Program-made: the position numbers and the translations under genes
The notes under the pieces: generated by a model
What the model was told of the DNA's origin: nothing
The model's database searches: none
What the model saw: only the letters and a program-made list of their open reading frames with translations
Shown: piece after piece, positions 14,221 through 27,990 of the stretch
Layout: the number at the start of each line of letters is the position of its first letter
How positions within the stretch are numbered: the first letter of the stretch is position 1
Assembly: GCA_964016885.1 (NCBI GenBank)
Contig: OZ024745.1
Location: 17,794,001 to 17,858,000, forward strand
From: Eledone cirrhosa
Lineage: Eukaryota
Reading direction: 5' to 3'
DNA: 64,000 nucleotides

Positions 14221-15614
14221 CTACAATGAACATATTACATTTGTAATATAAGCGAAAAGCAGAATGCGATACTTTATCTAGAATCCTAAATAATGTTTAT
14301 AGGTATCCCTTTAAGTATGTTGGCTATAATAAAGATGAAGGGGATAGTACATGATGGATTACATATATGTCTTACAGATGCAGTACAATTTTGATTCATA
14401 TCTTTTTTACAAAAGTAACAGATATCACTTGAAATAAATACAGTGATTTTGTGTCTGTAAATAATATCATGCATGTTATTCGACAGTGAATTGTGATGTA
14501 GCTACACTAATGTTTACCTAGCGTGCCTTCCTATATTTCATATATCCATTACCGTCAAATGTACGTTTATATTGATGCATTTAATGACAGTGATGTTGAC
14601 GGATTTTCCCTCATTCCATCATTATATCATTCAATAAACTAAACGTCCCACTCCTGAATTATTGTGCATTTAGATGAGTATTTCTGGGTCAGACCTTCAC
14701 CTTACACTTTCAACCTATCAGACTCTTCAGGATTGTAAGATAAACTACTGAACCTGTATGCCATGACTGTGTTTGACGACGACATATGAAATGGTGCTAT
14801 GAATCAAAATTTCATGAGTTACATTGTATCTGATTCTAAAATCAAACATAATAATATTAAGTTGTGTAATAATATTAAGTTATATAATCTTAAGTTATAT
14901 ATCATAAAATATATTACGAAAATGTCTAACATAAATTAACTTACTTCTCAGCTTTTATATTAAGTTTGCAGCAATCTTACTTTATTCCCCCAATTGATAT
15001 TTATTAGTGAAACGTAATTCTTCAAATGTCTTGTGCACAATCAGAGGATTTGATACACATATAATTTGAAGTAAAATGATTGGACAAGATATACTTCTAA
15101 TAAGAAGTAATAAGGAATTATTTTATTCATTATACCAGGCACTAATGTATTAGAATCATCACCTATTAGTTTCGTGCTGGCTTCATTTTCAGATTTGAAT
15201 CTGTTAACGTATAAATTATGACACTTCGAGGATAATTAAATTTATGAGGTTTAGTATACTTAATAAGAATGTTGACTGTCTAGCTCACTTTCGTCAATTA
15301 AGAAGAGTTAGAGATTTCTATGATTAACGAAATCAAACAATAATGTTACAAATAACTAGCTGCTGAGCAGGTGGAAATACATTTCATTTGTGAAATAAAG
15401 TTTCCTTCAAATGTCTAACTTTTACAGACACTGCGAATGTATAAATCCATTCCATTCCTAAGGAAGTCGTTGGAGCACCGTATCGACCGACGGCTTTTCT
15501 TGAACATTTTAAACCTGGATGTGCACATCCCCTATCCAGATATGAATACAGCAGATTTTTTCAAGAGAAGGTTAGGGCCTGAGTGAATGGATGTGAAAAA
15601 GAGATGTATAGGAA

Positions 15615-15780
15615 AAATTGGCCCAAGTACTTGACTGGTACTTTTTATCGACCACGAATGGATGAAAGGCAAATTTGACCTCGGCGGGATTTAAACTCAA
15701 AGAGCACAGAGCCGAAACGAATATCGCAAATCATTCTATCTTTCGTTCGTTCTACTGATTCTGCTAATGCGTCACTTCAT
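15615..15780 (-). mobile_element. tRNA-derived SINE
   Basis: Minus: gagtttaaatcccgccgaggtcaaatttgcctttcatcc...gtcgataaaaagtaccagt (B-box-like motif plus family core shared with 23000 and 61160). Confidence 0.65.
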
Positions 15781-16835
15781 TAAATATACAAAGATATTGA
15801 AAGTAAATTACATCATTGACTACAATAATGGAAATTTCGGTACAATATATTTAAACAGTATACCTAGCATAAGGCGAGTTCTTATTCAAATAGATATATA
15901 TGTAAATTGTATATTTTCACTGACACAATAGGGGGGTAGAATGGAAGCAGTAGAGCGTCAGATTATAAATAGATATTGTGTAACGTTAAGAGAAATACAA
16001 TTTATACGAGTGAACCTCGTAGCATGCCGGAGGAAACATTTCTGTACATCTTTGTGTTTTGTATAATATTTAATTTAAGCAGGTAACGTTAAGAGACTCT
16101 AAGTTTAAAAACGGCAATAGACACTATCATTATGTTATGAGTGGGACATTCAAATTATATTGTGACTAAAATATATTTCCAAAATAATATTATTTTTTAT
16201 TTTACGGTTCCTCCTCTCCGTTCAACCTCAACTATCTCGTCACCCACCCGTTTGTGTTACTCTAATATTTACAACCCAATTTATATTGTAGCATTTACTG
16301 TAAAATTCTGCGTTATCAATCAGCAGGAAAACAACGTTATTCAAATCAATGTCACCAGGAATCTTTTAAAGAACATCTCAATCCTGTCTGACTCGTTATT
16401 AACTGTCCGGTCGACAACGTGAATTAATCTGGACTGAATAAAAACACCAAGATCATATATACGAAATATTATTACACACACAATTTGAACATCCTGCCCT
16501 CCCGTGATACTGAGATCCACTAAATACATTTGCTTCTCAGGATCTTTTGAAGATCTTTAATATACGTGTTCATGATTACCACGTTTGTGAACGTAATTCT
16601 AATAAAATACGTATTCTTTCAATTGATTTAGGAAGACATCTGAAAGATTTACTAAATTTATTAATTATTTATTGACTAACATATAAACATAAAAATATTG
16701 TTTCAATATATTTTTGTTGGAAAAATGTAATCTAAAAAGTTACTCTTTACAAATTGTGGTTTTATTTCCTACGACAAGAATCACAATAGCGTTATGAATT
16801 CATGGCATACATAAACCTCTTTCCTTAACACAAGC

Positions 16836-17032
<197 letters not shown>

Positions 17033-17238
17033 TGTACATTTCTCCCCCACCCCAACATCTCTATGTGGCCAGATATATATATATATATATAGAAAGAGGG
17101 AGAGAGAGAGAGCGAGAAGGAGAAAGTTAGAGAGTACGACAGAGAGAGGCATTCAGACACAGTGTAAACGAAAGAGAGAAGATTTACATACACACCCACA
17201 CAAAACACACATTATATGAATGTATATACGTATGCATG

Positions 17239-17315
<77 letters not shown>

Positions 17316-17519
17316 ATAATAAATGTGAAGATTAAATATATATATATAAGAACAATTTCAAAGGAGGAACGGAAGAGAACCACACATAAATACGGCGCTC
17401 AATACATAAATAGAGAATATATATATTTATTTCATATTGAAATTAATTCTCCAGGACTAGACTGGTTTCATTCTTTTGAAACCATCGTAACATATGTACG
17501 TATATATATATATATATAC

Positions 17520-17548
<29 letters not shown>

Positions 17549-17550
<2 letters not shown>

Positions 17551-17587
17551 CATGCATATATAGATTCATATATACACCGACACATAC

Positions 17588-17638
<51 letters not shown>

Positions 17639-17665
17639 TATATAGATTCATATATACACCGACAC

Positions 17666-17719
<54 letters not shown>

Positions 17720-17747
17720 GCATATATAGATTCATATATACACCGGC

Positions 17748-17841
<94 letters not shown>

Positions 17842-17892
17842 ATATATATATACATGCATATATAGATTCATATATACACCGACACATACATA
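17549..17892. repeat. Minisatellite: about 40-bp unit x4 separated by variable (TA)n
   Basis: Unit (ta)catgcatatatagattcatatatacaccgacacata at about 17549, 17634, 17716 and 17851. Confidence 0.85.
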
Positions 17893-18802
17893 TGTATATA
17901 CGTACATAAGAAGGGGAAACCGCCATTTGTTCGCTTATTTCAAAACTTAGGTATTAACAAACTTGATGTTGTATCCATATCAATATATGCGTTCGTAAAT
18001 ATTGATTTTACATCTAAAAATTTGTATTTGTGTGCCTATGAGAAGATGAAAATTACAATATATTCCTAAAGCAAATATTAATATATCAAATCCAAACTAG
18101 CAGAGCAGATATTATATGAGATTTAATGAAATGTCTATTTTTGTTAAAGCCTACGTTTTGAAAAAGGTTTGACACCACCACCATGTTAATGTTCGTTATT
18201 TAAATCATAAAATATAGTTATTATGTTTTCTGAGCTGTCTATAGTTGTTATATATTTATTATATAATGTTTATGTTATATTTGATATGACGTATGTATGT
18301 GTGAGTGCAGTCTTATCTAATGCGTTCCGTCCTGATTAATTCCAAGTTTTGGATATGTATGCAGAAACAGATTTATGTATTATATATTATATATTCTGGA
18401 AAACATTTGCTTTCCTTATTCAGAAACCCTACTCAGGCATCGAATGATGGTACGTGCTCCAATTACACATCACTTTCTCGAATAAACATACAACCATGTA
18501 TTTCCTAATTTCACAAATGCAAAGAAGAGCAACGACATGCAGGGAGTAATTCATACGTTGGCCAGTAATGAATAATAGTTGAATCAACAGAAATTCACTG
18601 CAATAAACTGTTTTGCTTCGTATATTTATATAAAATATCTTAACATCACCTTCCTTCCCTTTCTTTTTGCTGTATTTCTCCTTCTCGTCTCTCTTATAAC
18701 TATATTCTTACTATCAATATAACGTATATTTTTCTTAGTATAGATATAAGAAAATGCACACACACACACACACATAACGACACAACTTTAGGCCAACACA
18801 CA

Positions 18803-18890
<88 letters not shown>

Positions 18891-18917
18891 TTTATATGTA
18901 TATATATATATTTATAT

Positions 18918-19360
18918 ATATTTGAAAAAAAGGAAAAGAATGACTTCACTTGTGTTAAAAAAATATTTTGTATTTAATTTTATAATATTATAATATTATG
19001 AGTTGGTAGATCCAGAAAGTTCTTTGTCAACTTCGGTGGGAAGAATTTTAAAGATTCCTGGTTAACTTGGGTTGGAGAACTTTCTTGCATTCGTCAGTGT
19101 GTGGCGATTGTCAAACATTTTGACAATCGCCACAGACAGACGAATGCGAGAAAGTTCTCCAACCCAAGTTAACCAGGAATCTTTAAAATTCTTCCCACCG
19201 AAGTTGACAAAGAACTTTCTGGATCTACCAACTCATAATATTATAATATTATAAAATTAAATACAAAATATTTTTTTAACACTACAAGTGAAGTCATTCT
19301 TTTCCTTTTTTTCAAATATACCTAACAGTACCAATGATCTCGCACATTTTCCAATATATA
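18918..19360. mobile_element. Fold-back palindrome (about 200-bp arms, centre about 19118), probably PLE-derived
   Basis: gtggcgattgtcaaa-cat-tttgacaatcgccac centre with near-perfect arms. Terminus homologous (reverse) to 45841-45920. (TA)n flanks. Confidence 0.75.
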
Positions 19361-19395
19361 TATATATAGAGAGAGAGAGAGGGCTCGTTAAGGAT

Positions 19396-19491
<96 letters not shown>

Positions 19492-19911
19492 GTAGAGAAA
19501 ATATTTGTTATGAGAAAAGATTAAAGTTTACGCAAAGAATCGCTGCTTTCACCCTTAACGGGCTAAACTGAAACTAAAATAAAAACAATCTGTGAACGCA
19601 GAAGTAAATATTTCGAAAAACGTAGCAACCGAAGGAAAACTTTAGTTCGTGAAGACGTTCCCTGGCAATGAACAGAAAAAAGGGAGGATAATTAGGTCGT
19701 TATGTGGAGCGAGAAGAACAATTTCGGTTATACTAAATAGTGTATTAGTCTAACGACTCATTTTATACCATAAATGTGTTTTTGTTTTTGTAAAAACATT
19801 TTCTCCTCGCTCCACATAACGGCTGCCTCTTATAATTAGATTGTCATCTGCTATAATGCATCTGCAACTTCGGTTATACCCTTTATTATTATTATGATTA
19901 TTATTATTTTT

Positions 19912-22845
19912 ATTGGTCTGTTCGGACGTCTGTTTGGCTCGCTCCCAGTAAGTCGCTTTATATACCTGTTATAATTATTTGTTGTTAATTTTTCTTGTTG
20001 TATAAGGGATATAATCCCCAGGACTTTGCCCTGTGAAGGGGAAAGTATAATATTTGGGCCAGCCCCCCCCCCCCCCCCAACGATATGTCTGCTGTCGTGT
20101 GACAACAGCGTAAAAGTTGTGAGGAGGGTTACAGAAATGCATACAACAAACACCACCACAAACAACGTGAACAAAGACATCAATACTGAGAACAATAAAA
20201 TATTACCACACCAACTACAACAATAAAAGCGACAACCAAAATACAGACAACAGAGAAAAATGACAAATGCAACAAAGATATTAACATCACTAACAAGAAA
20301 ATATACAACGACAACACCAACAGCAACAATACAAATTGCACCGAAAACAACAACGGTGGCACCAAAAACACAACCAACTACAACACTGATAACAGTAACA
20401 ACACCAACATCACCGTTTGTAGCAGTAGCAACAACAACAAGACCAGTAGCAGCAGTAGCGACAGCAATAATGGTGCCGCTGAAAAAGGGGCCACTTCTTT
20501 CGCAAGTGTGGCCCGAAATATAGAGACAGTGCTAGTCACGGAGGAGGAGATGACAGTCGCAAGAGCCATGGTGTCAATAAATGACAATAGAGTTTCCCTG
20601 AAACCTCCACCCGATTTCTTCAAAGACCAGCAGCTGCGCACGGTGACTTACCGCAGCGTAAGAAAAAATGTCACATCGGGTGGAGAGTGCCACGGAGGCT
20701 CGAATCCAAACGGCCTTAGGGTGCGTCTGGGCACTCAAAGCCCACATCACCCGAGGCAAAAAGTAGGCCACAGTAGACGTACTTTTCGCCACCCCCAAGA
20801 GGCAAAATCTAACATTTTGAAAACCCTAAAGAGCGAGGAGAAAGTCTTGCTGCCCTGCTAATGCGGGCAGAAAAATGTGAGCGTCAAAGTGACCCAGGGC
20901 CGACCCGAGGTGCCTATACCTTGGCTGGCCGCGTCTTTACTTGCTGGAATTCAGGAGAAGACCACCACACTGCAAATACAGAGAATGGGAAGAGACAACT
21001 GGTCAGGAATATGCATGAAAATGTTAATACAAACTAACCAGTAGTGCATCGAGGCCATCCCAGACATCATAGACCTTGAGGAAGGACACCAACTCCCTAT
21101 AAGCGTGGAGGGAAGACACCCAAAGTGGTATCTCTGTGGGCAGAAGGGTCACCTCAGGGCCTTCTGCCCGCAGAAGACAGTCAAGAAGAGGGCCCCCCTC
21201 CTTCCGACGCCTGATCCGCTGCTACCAAGAGCAGGGCAGGCAACAGTGGCAGAAAACCCTTCCATGGTGAGTAGGAGGGCAACTTCCGTGGCACCCATAC
21301 CAAGGCCACGGACAACTAAAACAGAGGCAACAGTGGCGGCAACACCAACAGTCGCAGTAGCTACACGGGCAGTAAAATCGCCTGAGCGGGCTCCCCTACC
21401 ACCACCAACAGCAGTGGAGCTCATACCCCTACCAGAGACCACGGAATCCGACATGGAGTATGAGGCGGGAGGGAAGTGGCAAATGGTCTGCCACAAAACC
21501 CAAAAAAGAAAAAAAACCCTTAGCTTCACCCTCCAAAAGCGAAGGCAAACAAAAGGGGTAAAGGCTGCAAGGAGAATTGCAGCAACACCACCACCACCAC
21601 CATCACCATCACCACCACAATCATCACCTCCAACAACAACCACACCACCACCAGCATCACCAAAAACACCAACATCGCAAACACAACAAAACACACACAC
21701 CCAACAGCAACAAGAAAACAGCAACAAAATCACCCCTTCCCCAAAAAAGTACACAGCCAAAAACATGGCAAATAAAGAACTCTTACAACATATAAAGCAG
21801 CACACAGAGATCACAGAAACAAATTACTACACTCCACCAACACCAAGAATTCTCCCGAAAAATATAAACATCATTGAAATCAAAATAAATCATTACAAAC
21901 ATTTAAAAGGAAAATTCCCCAACGCAGTTGAAGACAACAGAGGGTCGGTTACCAAGAGGATATACACCGACATCCTCTTGGAAACACGCATGTCAGTCAA
22001 AGGGACGGTTCTACTGTCCCTCCATCACACGATCAAGGTAAGTGATCCTTTCTCACCTACCCCGTTTCTCATCCAACATGGCCGTACATAGAATAGGCAG
22101 TATAAATGTACATGGCCTGGGGTCATCTTGGAAGCAATGTCACCTGCTCAACGACCTCAGGTCACTAAACATAGATGTGGTGGCCATCAGCGAGACCAGA
22201 ATCTCCGAAGCACGAGCCTTCGCACCGATCTTCGGCGCATACGATGTATAAGCATCACCCAGGCGTCCAGGATCGGGGGAGGAGTTGCCGTGCTTTTTCG
22301 GAGCGGCTTGGATCTCGCCATACGGGCCATCTTCCTGGATCCAGAAGGTAAGTCGGTGGTGCTGGACGTGACCGGCAGCGAAGGCAGTTCTTTCAGGCTA
22401 GTAACCGTCTACGCCCCAACAGGGGCAGGACGGCCATATTTCTTCAGACACCTCGACCTTTCTTGGAACGTCCCGCTCTTTAGTGTTAGTGGTTGACTGG
22501 AACGGTATCTTAGATGCACGCTGGGATTATATGGGGCTAGTATACTCGGCAGGAGTGTGGAAAAACCTCAACAACCTGCTCAGACGTTTTGAACTGTCTG
22601 ACAGGTATAGAGTGGATTATCCGAATGTACCAATGTGGATATGGGCAAACCGCATCGGGTCATCCAGATCGTATTTAGATAGGGTATTCTGTAGGGAAAC
22701 AGATAAGGCTAGTGTAGGTTGTCCACAATTTAAAGTAGTCGACTACACGGACCACAAATCTGGGATTTGTGAAGTTGACGTAGATAGACTCCATAGGCTA
22801 GGGCCCGGCTACTGGAAGCTAAAATCCCATAGCACCTTCACCTGA
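19912..22845 (+). mobile_element. Tx1/L1-clade LINE 5' part: decayed ORF1 plus APE endonuclease
   Basis: ORF1 pieces 20508-22091 with zinc knuckle remnant (W)YLCGQKGHLRAFC. ORF2 start at 22078 MAVHRIGSINVHGL..ISET, GGGVAVLF, VYAP, DWN, SYLDRVF, TDHK, YWKL. Frameshifts and stops present. Confidence 0.85.
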
Positions 22846-22999
22846 TCATTTTCTATCACCGACTCTGGCTGATGCTCATACCGCTTCTCAGAATGTGGTA
22901 AATTGTTTAGTTGCATAGATGCCAGTTAATCACCTTTCCTATCATATCATGTCTCCATTATATTATTAATATTATTCAGGATAGTTACATCCCTTGACG

Positions 23000-23112
23000 A
23001 TCCGAGTTCAAATCCCGCCGAGGTTGACTTTGCTTTTCGGGGTCAATAAAATAAAGTACCAGTAATGCACTGGTAATTGCTGGCCTTGTGTCAAAAGTAG
23101 AAACAATTATAT
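23000..23112 (+). mobile_element. tRNA-derived SINE (partial)
   Basis: gagttcaaatcccgccgaggttgactttgc...ggggtcaataaaataaagtaccagt...gctggccttgtg. Confidence 0.7.
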
Positions 23113-23140
23113 TATTAATATTATTATTATTATTATTACA

Positions 23141-26100
23141 GTTGCATTTATCTTGCTTTATGTTCATATGAGTTATCACCAAGTCACAACCAGTGACCTC
23201 AAGAGACAACAAGGTCCGCCATGTTCAATCAAGAACATACATACACACAAATGCATCTTTAGGTGTTTAGACTTGTGATGTACTTATATTGACAGAATCT
23301 TCCTTAGTATATGGGCAGTTCCCATTAGTACTATCTTTTGGGATTTCTCCTATTCGCGGCTTTCCTGGGATTTGCGATAAGTAATCATTAGACCCTTAGG
23401 TATCATTCCTAGAGCGCCTACAACCACTGGAATTGTTTTAGTTATACTTGCTCAATTTTTCAAATGCTTTTATAGATACATTATTGTCTATTGGAACGGA
23501 CATATCAATTAGCAGGCATACCCTCTTTTTAAAGTCCTTCAGTATTATATCAGGTCTATTTGCATCTATTTTTCGGTCTGTTTGGATGCTAAAGTTCCAC
23601 AAGATTAAGATGTGACCTTTTTCAAGTATGGGCAGGTCAAAATGCTTACACATTATCCAATGTATGCATTGTGCAGCTCTGTCATGGCTGTTTAGTTATT
23701 CAGTTGCAGCTATAGGACTGCACGTTGAAATTATATGATCAATAGTCTCTGGTTGTTTTTTACATACACGGCATAATGGGTTGCATCCATTTTTTTTATT
23801 ATGTTGGCTTTTTTTGTTGGCAGACACTGATCTTGTGCTGATATAATCAGTCCTTCAGTCTCCGATTTCAGTCCAGAGGATGCCAACCACTGATGGGTTA
23901 AAGTTTTGTCAACATCAGGATTGTTAGCTCTTTCTGGGTATTTTCCATACAGAGGCTGTTCTTGCCATTTCTTAGCCAGTTTCTGTAGCAGTTCTTTCTT
24001 TGCAGTTAATTTTACCTGCTTTGCTTTTTCTGTGTATTCCATTTCAGCAGTAAATGGGACTTCTGAAATGAGTAGTCGATTACTGTATCTTTGTGCATCT
24101 TTTTTAATCAAGTATGATCTTTTGATGCTTTCGTGTTTCAAAACGAGTTTGATCATCCAATCATGTGATTCCCTTAGATATGTAGATAATCCAATTGTTG
24201 CAGGTTTCAACGCAATGTCTAACTGGATTAACCCACGTCCTCCTTCTTTCCTAGGGAGATATATTCTATTTGTATCTGCCTTAGGGTGATGCATTCTGTG
24301 CATGGTTAAGAATTTTCGGATTTTTATATCGAGCCTACAGATCTCTGTGCTTGACCAGTTGATGACATTGTAACTGCAGGTTACTACTGGTATGGCAAGC
24401 GTGTTTATGGCATCGATCCTATTCCTTGCATTCAATTCCGTTCTTAAGATTGCTCTTACTCTGCGGTAACATTCCTTCCTTATCCTTTCCCTCATTGTCG
24501 AGTGCTTGATTCCGTCTCCTTCACAAACACCTAGATATTTGTAAGTTTTTTCTTGATCAAGTTCTCTTATCACGTTCCTCCGATCAAGATTAATGTCTGA
24601 ACTCTTCAGCAGCTTTCCTCTGGTGAACGTTGCTTTGGCGCATTTATCTAGTCCAAACTCCATTTTAATGTCATCACTGAACTGCTTCACAGTGGATAAT
24701 AGCCCTTGCAATTGTTCATCATTTTTTGCAAATAGTTTCAGGTCATCCATGTAGAACAGGTGATTAATGGTTTTGTCATAGACTTTATATCCATGTTTTG
24801 TTTCATTGAGCATTTTACTTAATGGTATAAGTGCGATGCAGAATAAAAGCGGTGATAAAGAGTCACCCTGAAAAATTCCACAATTAATATTAACTTCTCC
24901 TGCTTCCAATGATTTTGTTTCACTAATCAAAAGGAGTGTCGTTTTCCATGTCTTCATACTGAATGACAAAAACCTCCTGACAACGGGGGATATTTTGAAA
25001 ATCTCTAAACATTTTTCAATCCAACTGTGTGGCAAACTATCGAATGCTTTTTTATAATCTATCCAAACAATCGATAGATTTTTGTGTCTATTATGACAAT
25101 CTTCCAGTATCATTTTGTTAACCAGAAGCTGATCCTTACAGCCATATGAGCCTCGTTTACACCCTTTCTGCTCAATGGGCAATAGGTCATTTGTTATCAG
25201 GTGGTCATATGTGTATTCAGTTAGGACTGATGTTAAAATTTTATACATTGTGGTCAAGCAAGTTATAGGTCTGTAATTTTGGGGATTGTTTGTCTCATCA
25301 TTCTTCGGAAGCAGGAATGTAATGCCGTTAACTAGCCATGATGGTATCTTTTCTGGCTCCTTAACTATCTCATTGTAAAGTTGGGCTCTGTGAAGGCATT
25401 TATCCAAAAGTTTTGTATTTTGTCTTTTCCTGGGGATTTCCATTTGCTAGTTTTTCTTAGAGCCAAGCGCAACTGTTCAACTGTTATATTTTCCCATGTT
25501 TGTTCCTCAAGGTGAACTGTATCTTTCATTTGTCTGTCTATCCATGGGGCATGTATGTTATGAACTTTTTCTTCGGCCCAAATCTTTTCCCAGAATTCTT
25601 GCACTTCCTCCTTGGGTGGTATTGATTTAGCTGTTATTGTTGACTTACCAATTTTTCTGTAGAAGTTTCTTTGGTTGTTTTTGAACATATTATTGTCCTT
25701 ATAGAATCTAGATCGTTTTTCAAAGCGCCTTATACGAGCAGCTTTGGCCGACACTTTTTGCTTGATTATTTCTATCTGCATGTCTATGACACATGTTGAT
25801 TTTATACTGTACTTTTTTTTCAATTTTCTAAGTTTTGTTTGTTTACCATGTTCACCTACTTTATAGTTTGTTAAAATTTCTATGTCAGATCGGAGAAGGT
25901 TTATTTGGCGATTGATGTTCTCTTGCCAAGTAGATTTCTTGTGGGAATTCCTTTGTTTTTTCATCTTCACTCAACATAAGTGAGTGGTGACTTTAGCCGA
26001 TGCATAATAGAGATGATTTAAATCAGTAATGTTTAGTTTGTTTATGATGATAATGTTTTTGAGAATGATGTTAGTCTTGTGTATTATCTTTTGGTTCTGT

Positions 26101-27000
26101 TTGGAGTTCTGGATCTTACGGGAGGGTGTCTCGTTGCCCCATGTCAGATTCTTTCATTTTCATCCATTCGATCATAATTTCATCCTTCAAGTTGGCAAGT
26201 TCATTCTCATTCATTTCTTTATCATTTACGATCTCATTATTTTCATTTGGAGTTTCATCCTGAGCATGCACTCCCTCCACTTTTTCGATCCTTTCTTTAA
26301 TTTGTTCTGTTGCCAGTGATTCCGCCCCAACCCTGGGGTTCGAAGTGTTACAGTTTACCTCGTTTTCACTGACACATGTTTCATTTTCCCTTCGCTGACT
26401 TTGTGCTAATAGCTTGATCTGATCAATTTCTATATCAGTTAGTAACTTTTTTCTTACAATATTTCTTCGTATATTGGCTAGTTTGTTACTGTCAATATAG
26501 CCTCTGTTTTCGGGATGTTTCTTTTTCCAGTTGATATATGTCTGTTCTGTATTCGATGTATTTGATGGGTAGTACATGGCAGTGTAGAAAGCCTCAAGGA
26601 CTTCTTTATTATCTTCCCTTGACCATTGTTCTCTCTTTTTCTTTGGATTTCTTGGTGGTGAGCATGGAGGGCCAACAGTAGGAGTATTCCGGTTATGGGA
26701 GGTCTCCAGCTCCGAAGTGATGGGAAGGTTTGAACCATTAGCTGATTTTTCGACCCCAGTCTGGTTCCTCTCTGAGGGACGCGGCCCTTTTTTACCCGGG
26801 TTACGGCCGATCCGGTATGAGATTTTATCATTAGACATTTACTTTATTTTGTCGCGTTTTATCCTTATCCGCCAAGGGGTAATCATTTCGTGTTACCACT
26901 TCTAGAACGAGTGTCAACCAAGACTAGAGGGGTCGTTCTCCCTTAGAGTTACGGCTATTCCCCGCCGAGCGCCATCCCGGTATTTCTTGGTCACGGGGTT
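23141..27000 (-). mobile_element. Near full-length R4/Dong-clade RLE non-LTR retrotransposon (disrupted)
   Basis: ORF pieces 26116-26838, 25365-25970 (KWKSPGKDKIQNFW), 23731-25443 (NYRPITCL, IDYKKAFDS, GIFQGDSLSP, FYMDD) and 23438-23653 (RPDII..LIDMSVP..KLSKY). 3' end lies next to (TAA)n. Confidence 0.9.
23731..25443 (-). pseudogene. Reverse transcriptase segment of R4/Dong copy 1
   Basis: Full set of non-LTR RT motifs, frameshifted at both ends. Confidence 0.85.
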
Positions 27001-27990
27001 TTCTTTTTGTTGTTTTTTTAAATTGTTATTATCATGAGTGGTTCCTTAATGTAAGCATTGCGTGGCTTAAGAATGAAATTATTAATAATTGTCTCCACTC
27101 CAGGCACAAGGCCAGCAATCACCCAGTGCATTACAATAATATAATATACTTTTTGTTGTAGTTGGCTGTTATTGTTGTTGGCTATGTCGGTGGTGGTGCC
27201 GGGGCTTTTTATATTGTTGGTGAGGAAGGGGTGAGCCAGCAGTCCCATAGTTGTTGATGTTGACGTTTGGCCGGTGGCCAGGTCACTAAGTCAATCTATT
27301 TATATCTTTTGCTAGCCTCTCGCTTGTCTAGTGATACCGCCACCTTCCTCTTTCTCTCTCAAGTTAACAGGGGAATAGTGGTGGTAGCATTGAAGGAGTG
27401 GTGGGGGCGACGATGGGATAGTGGTAGCAATGATGGATGGGGTGGGGTGGTGGCAGCGGTGGAGTTGTGGTTACTGATATGTAGTATCTATGAGTTTGTG
27501 TTCGTATGTTTAATATATATTTTTATTATATTTTGTGTTGACATATTCCCGTAAAATTGGAATTAAACATTTTTTTTTAAATTTGAGACAATAATAATAG
27601 TAATTATTATTATGATGCTGGTGAAATTGCCGTTATCTGGCTGTTATATTTAATGTGATGGGATAGGTGGTGTATCAAGTTTCTGGTGTTGGTGAAATTG
27701 CTGTTATTTGGCTGTTCTATATAGTGTAGACAGAGGGTGTTTTTTTCCCATTTATAACCATTTTCTTTTTTTGAATACAAAATATATAATACAAAATTGA
27801 ATATTTGAGCGATACAACAATATAATATGGATCCGAAACTTTATGGGACCTGATTCGGTGGTTTATGCAATATTTGTACTAAGAATTGTTATTTCACAAT
27901 TGATTTAAATATGTTAAAAATCAAAAACTTACGGGAGCGATTTCATGACCTTCTACCACCTCGTGCGTCTTCTTCCCTTATTATTATTAT

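Noticed and set aside
14981-15097. Exon-like segment on the minus strand (SISCPIILLQ...LGE*)
   Set aside because: Stop codon just before the donor. No support beyond splice-like signals.
16357-16435. Exon-like segment on the minus strand (SRLIHVVDRT...KRFL)
   Set aside because: Weak donor and phase incompatible with the neighbouring candidate exons.
17549-17892. Repeat-spacer pattern resembling a CRISPR array
   Set aside because: Spacers are only (TA)n, the context is eukaryotic and there are no cas genes. It is a minisatellite.
19690-19825. Inverted repeat (cgttatgtggagcgag) enclosing a possible hammerhead
   Set aside because: The IR is real but no CUGANGA box is present. At best a heavily decayed remnant.
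21149-21814. 221-aa Gly/Val-rich minus ORF and poly-His ORF
   Set aside because: Alternate frames of the low-complexity Tx1 ORF1.
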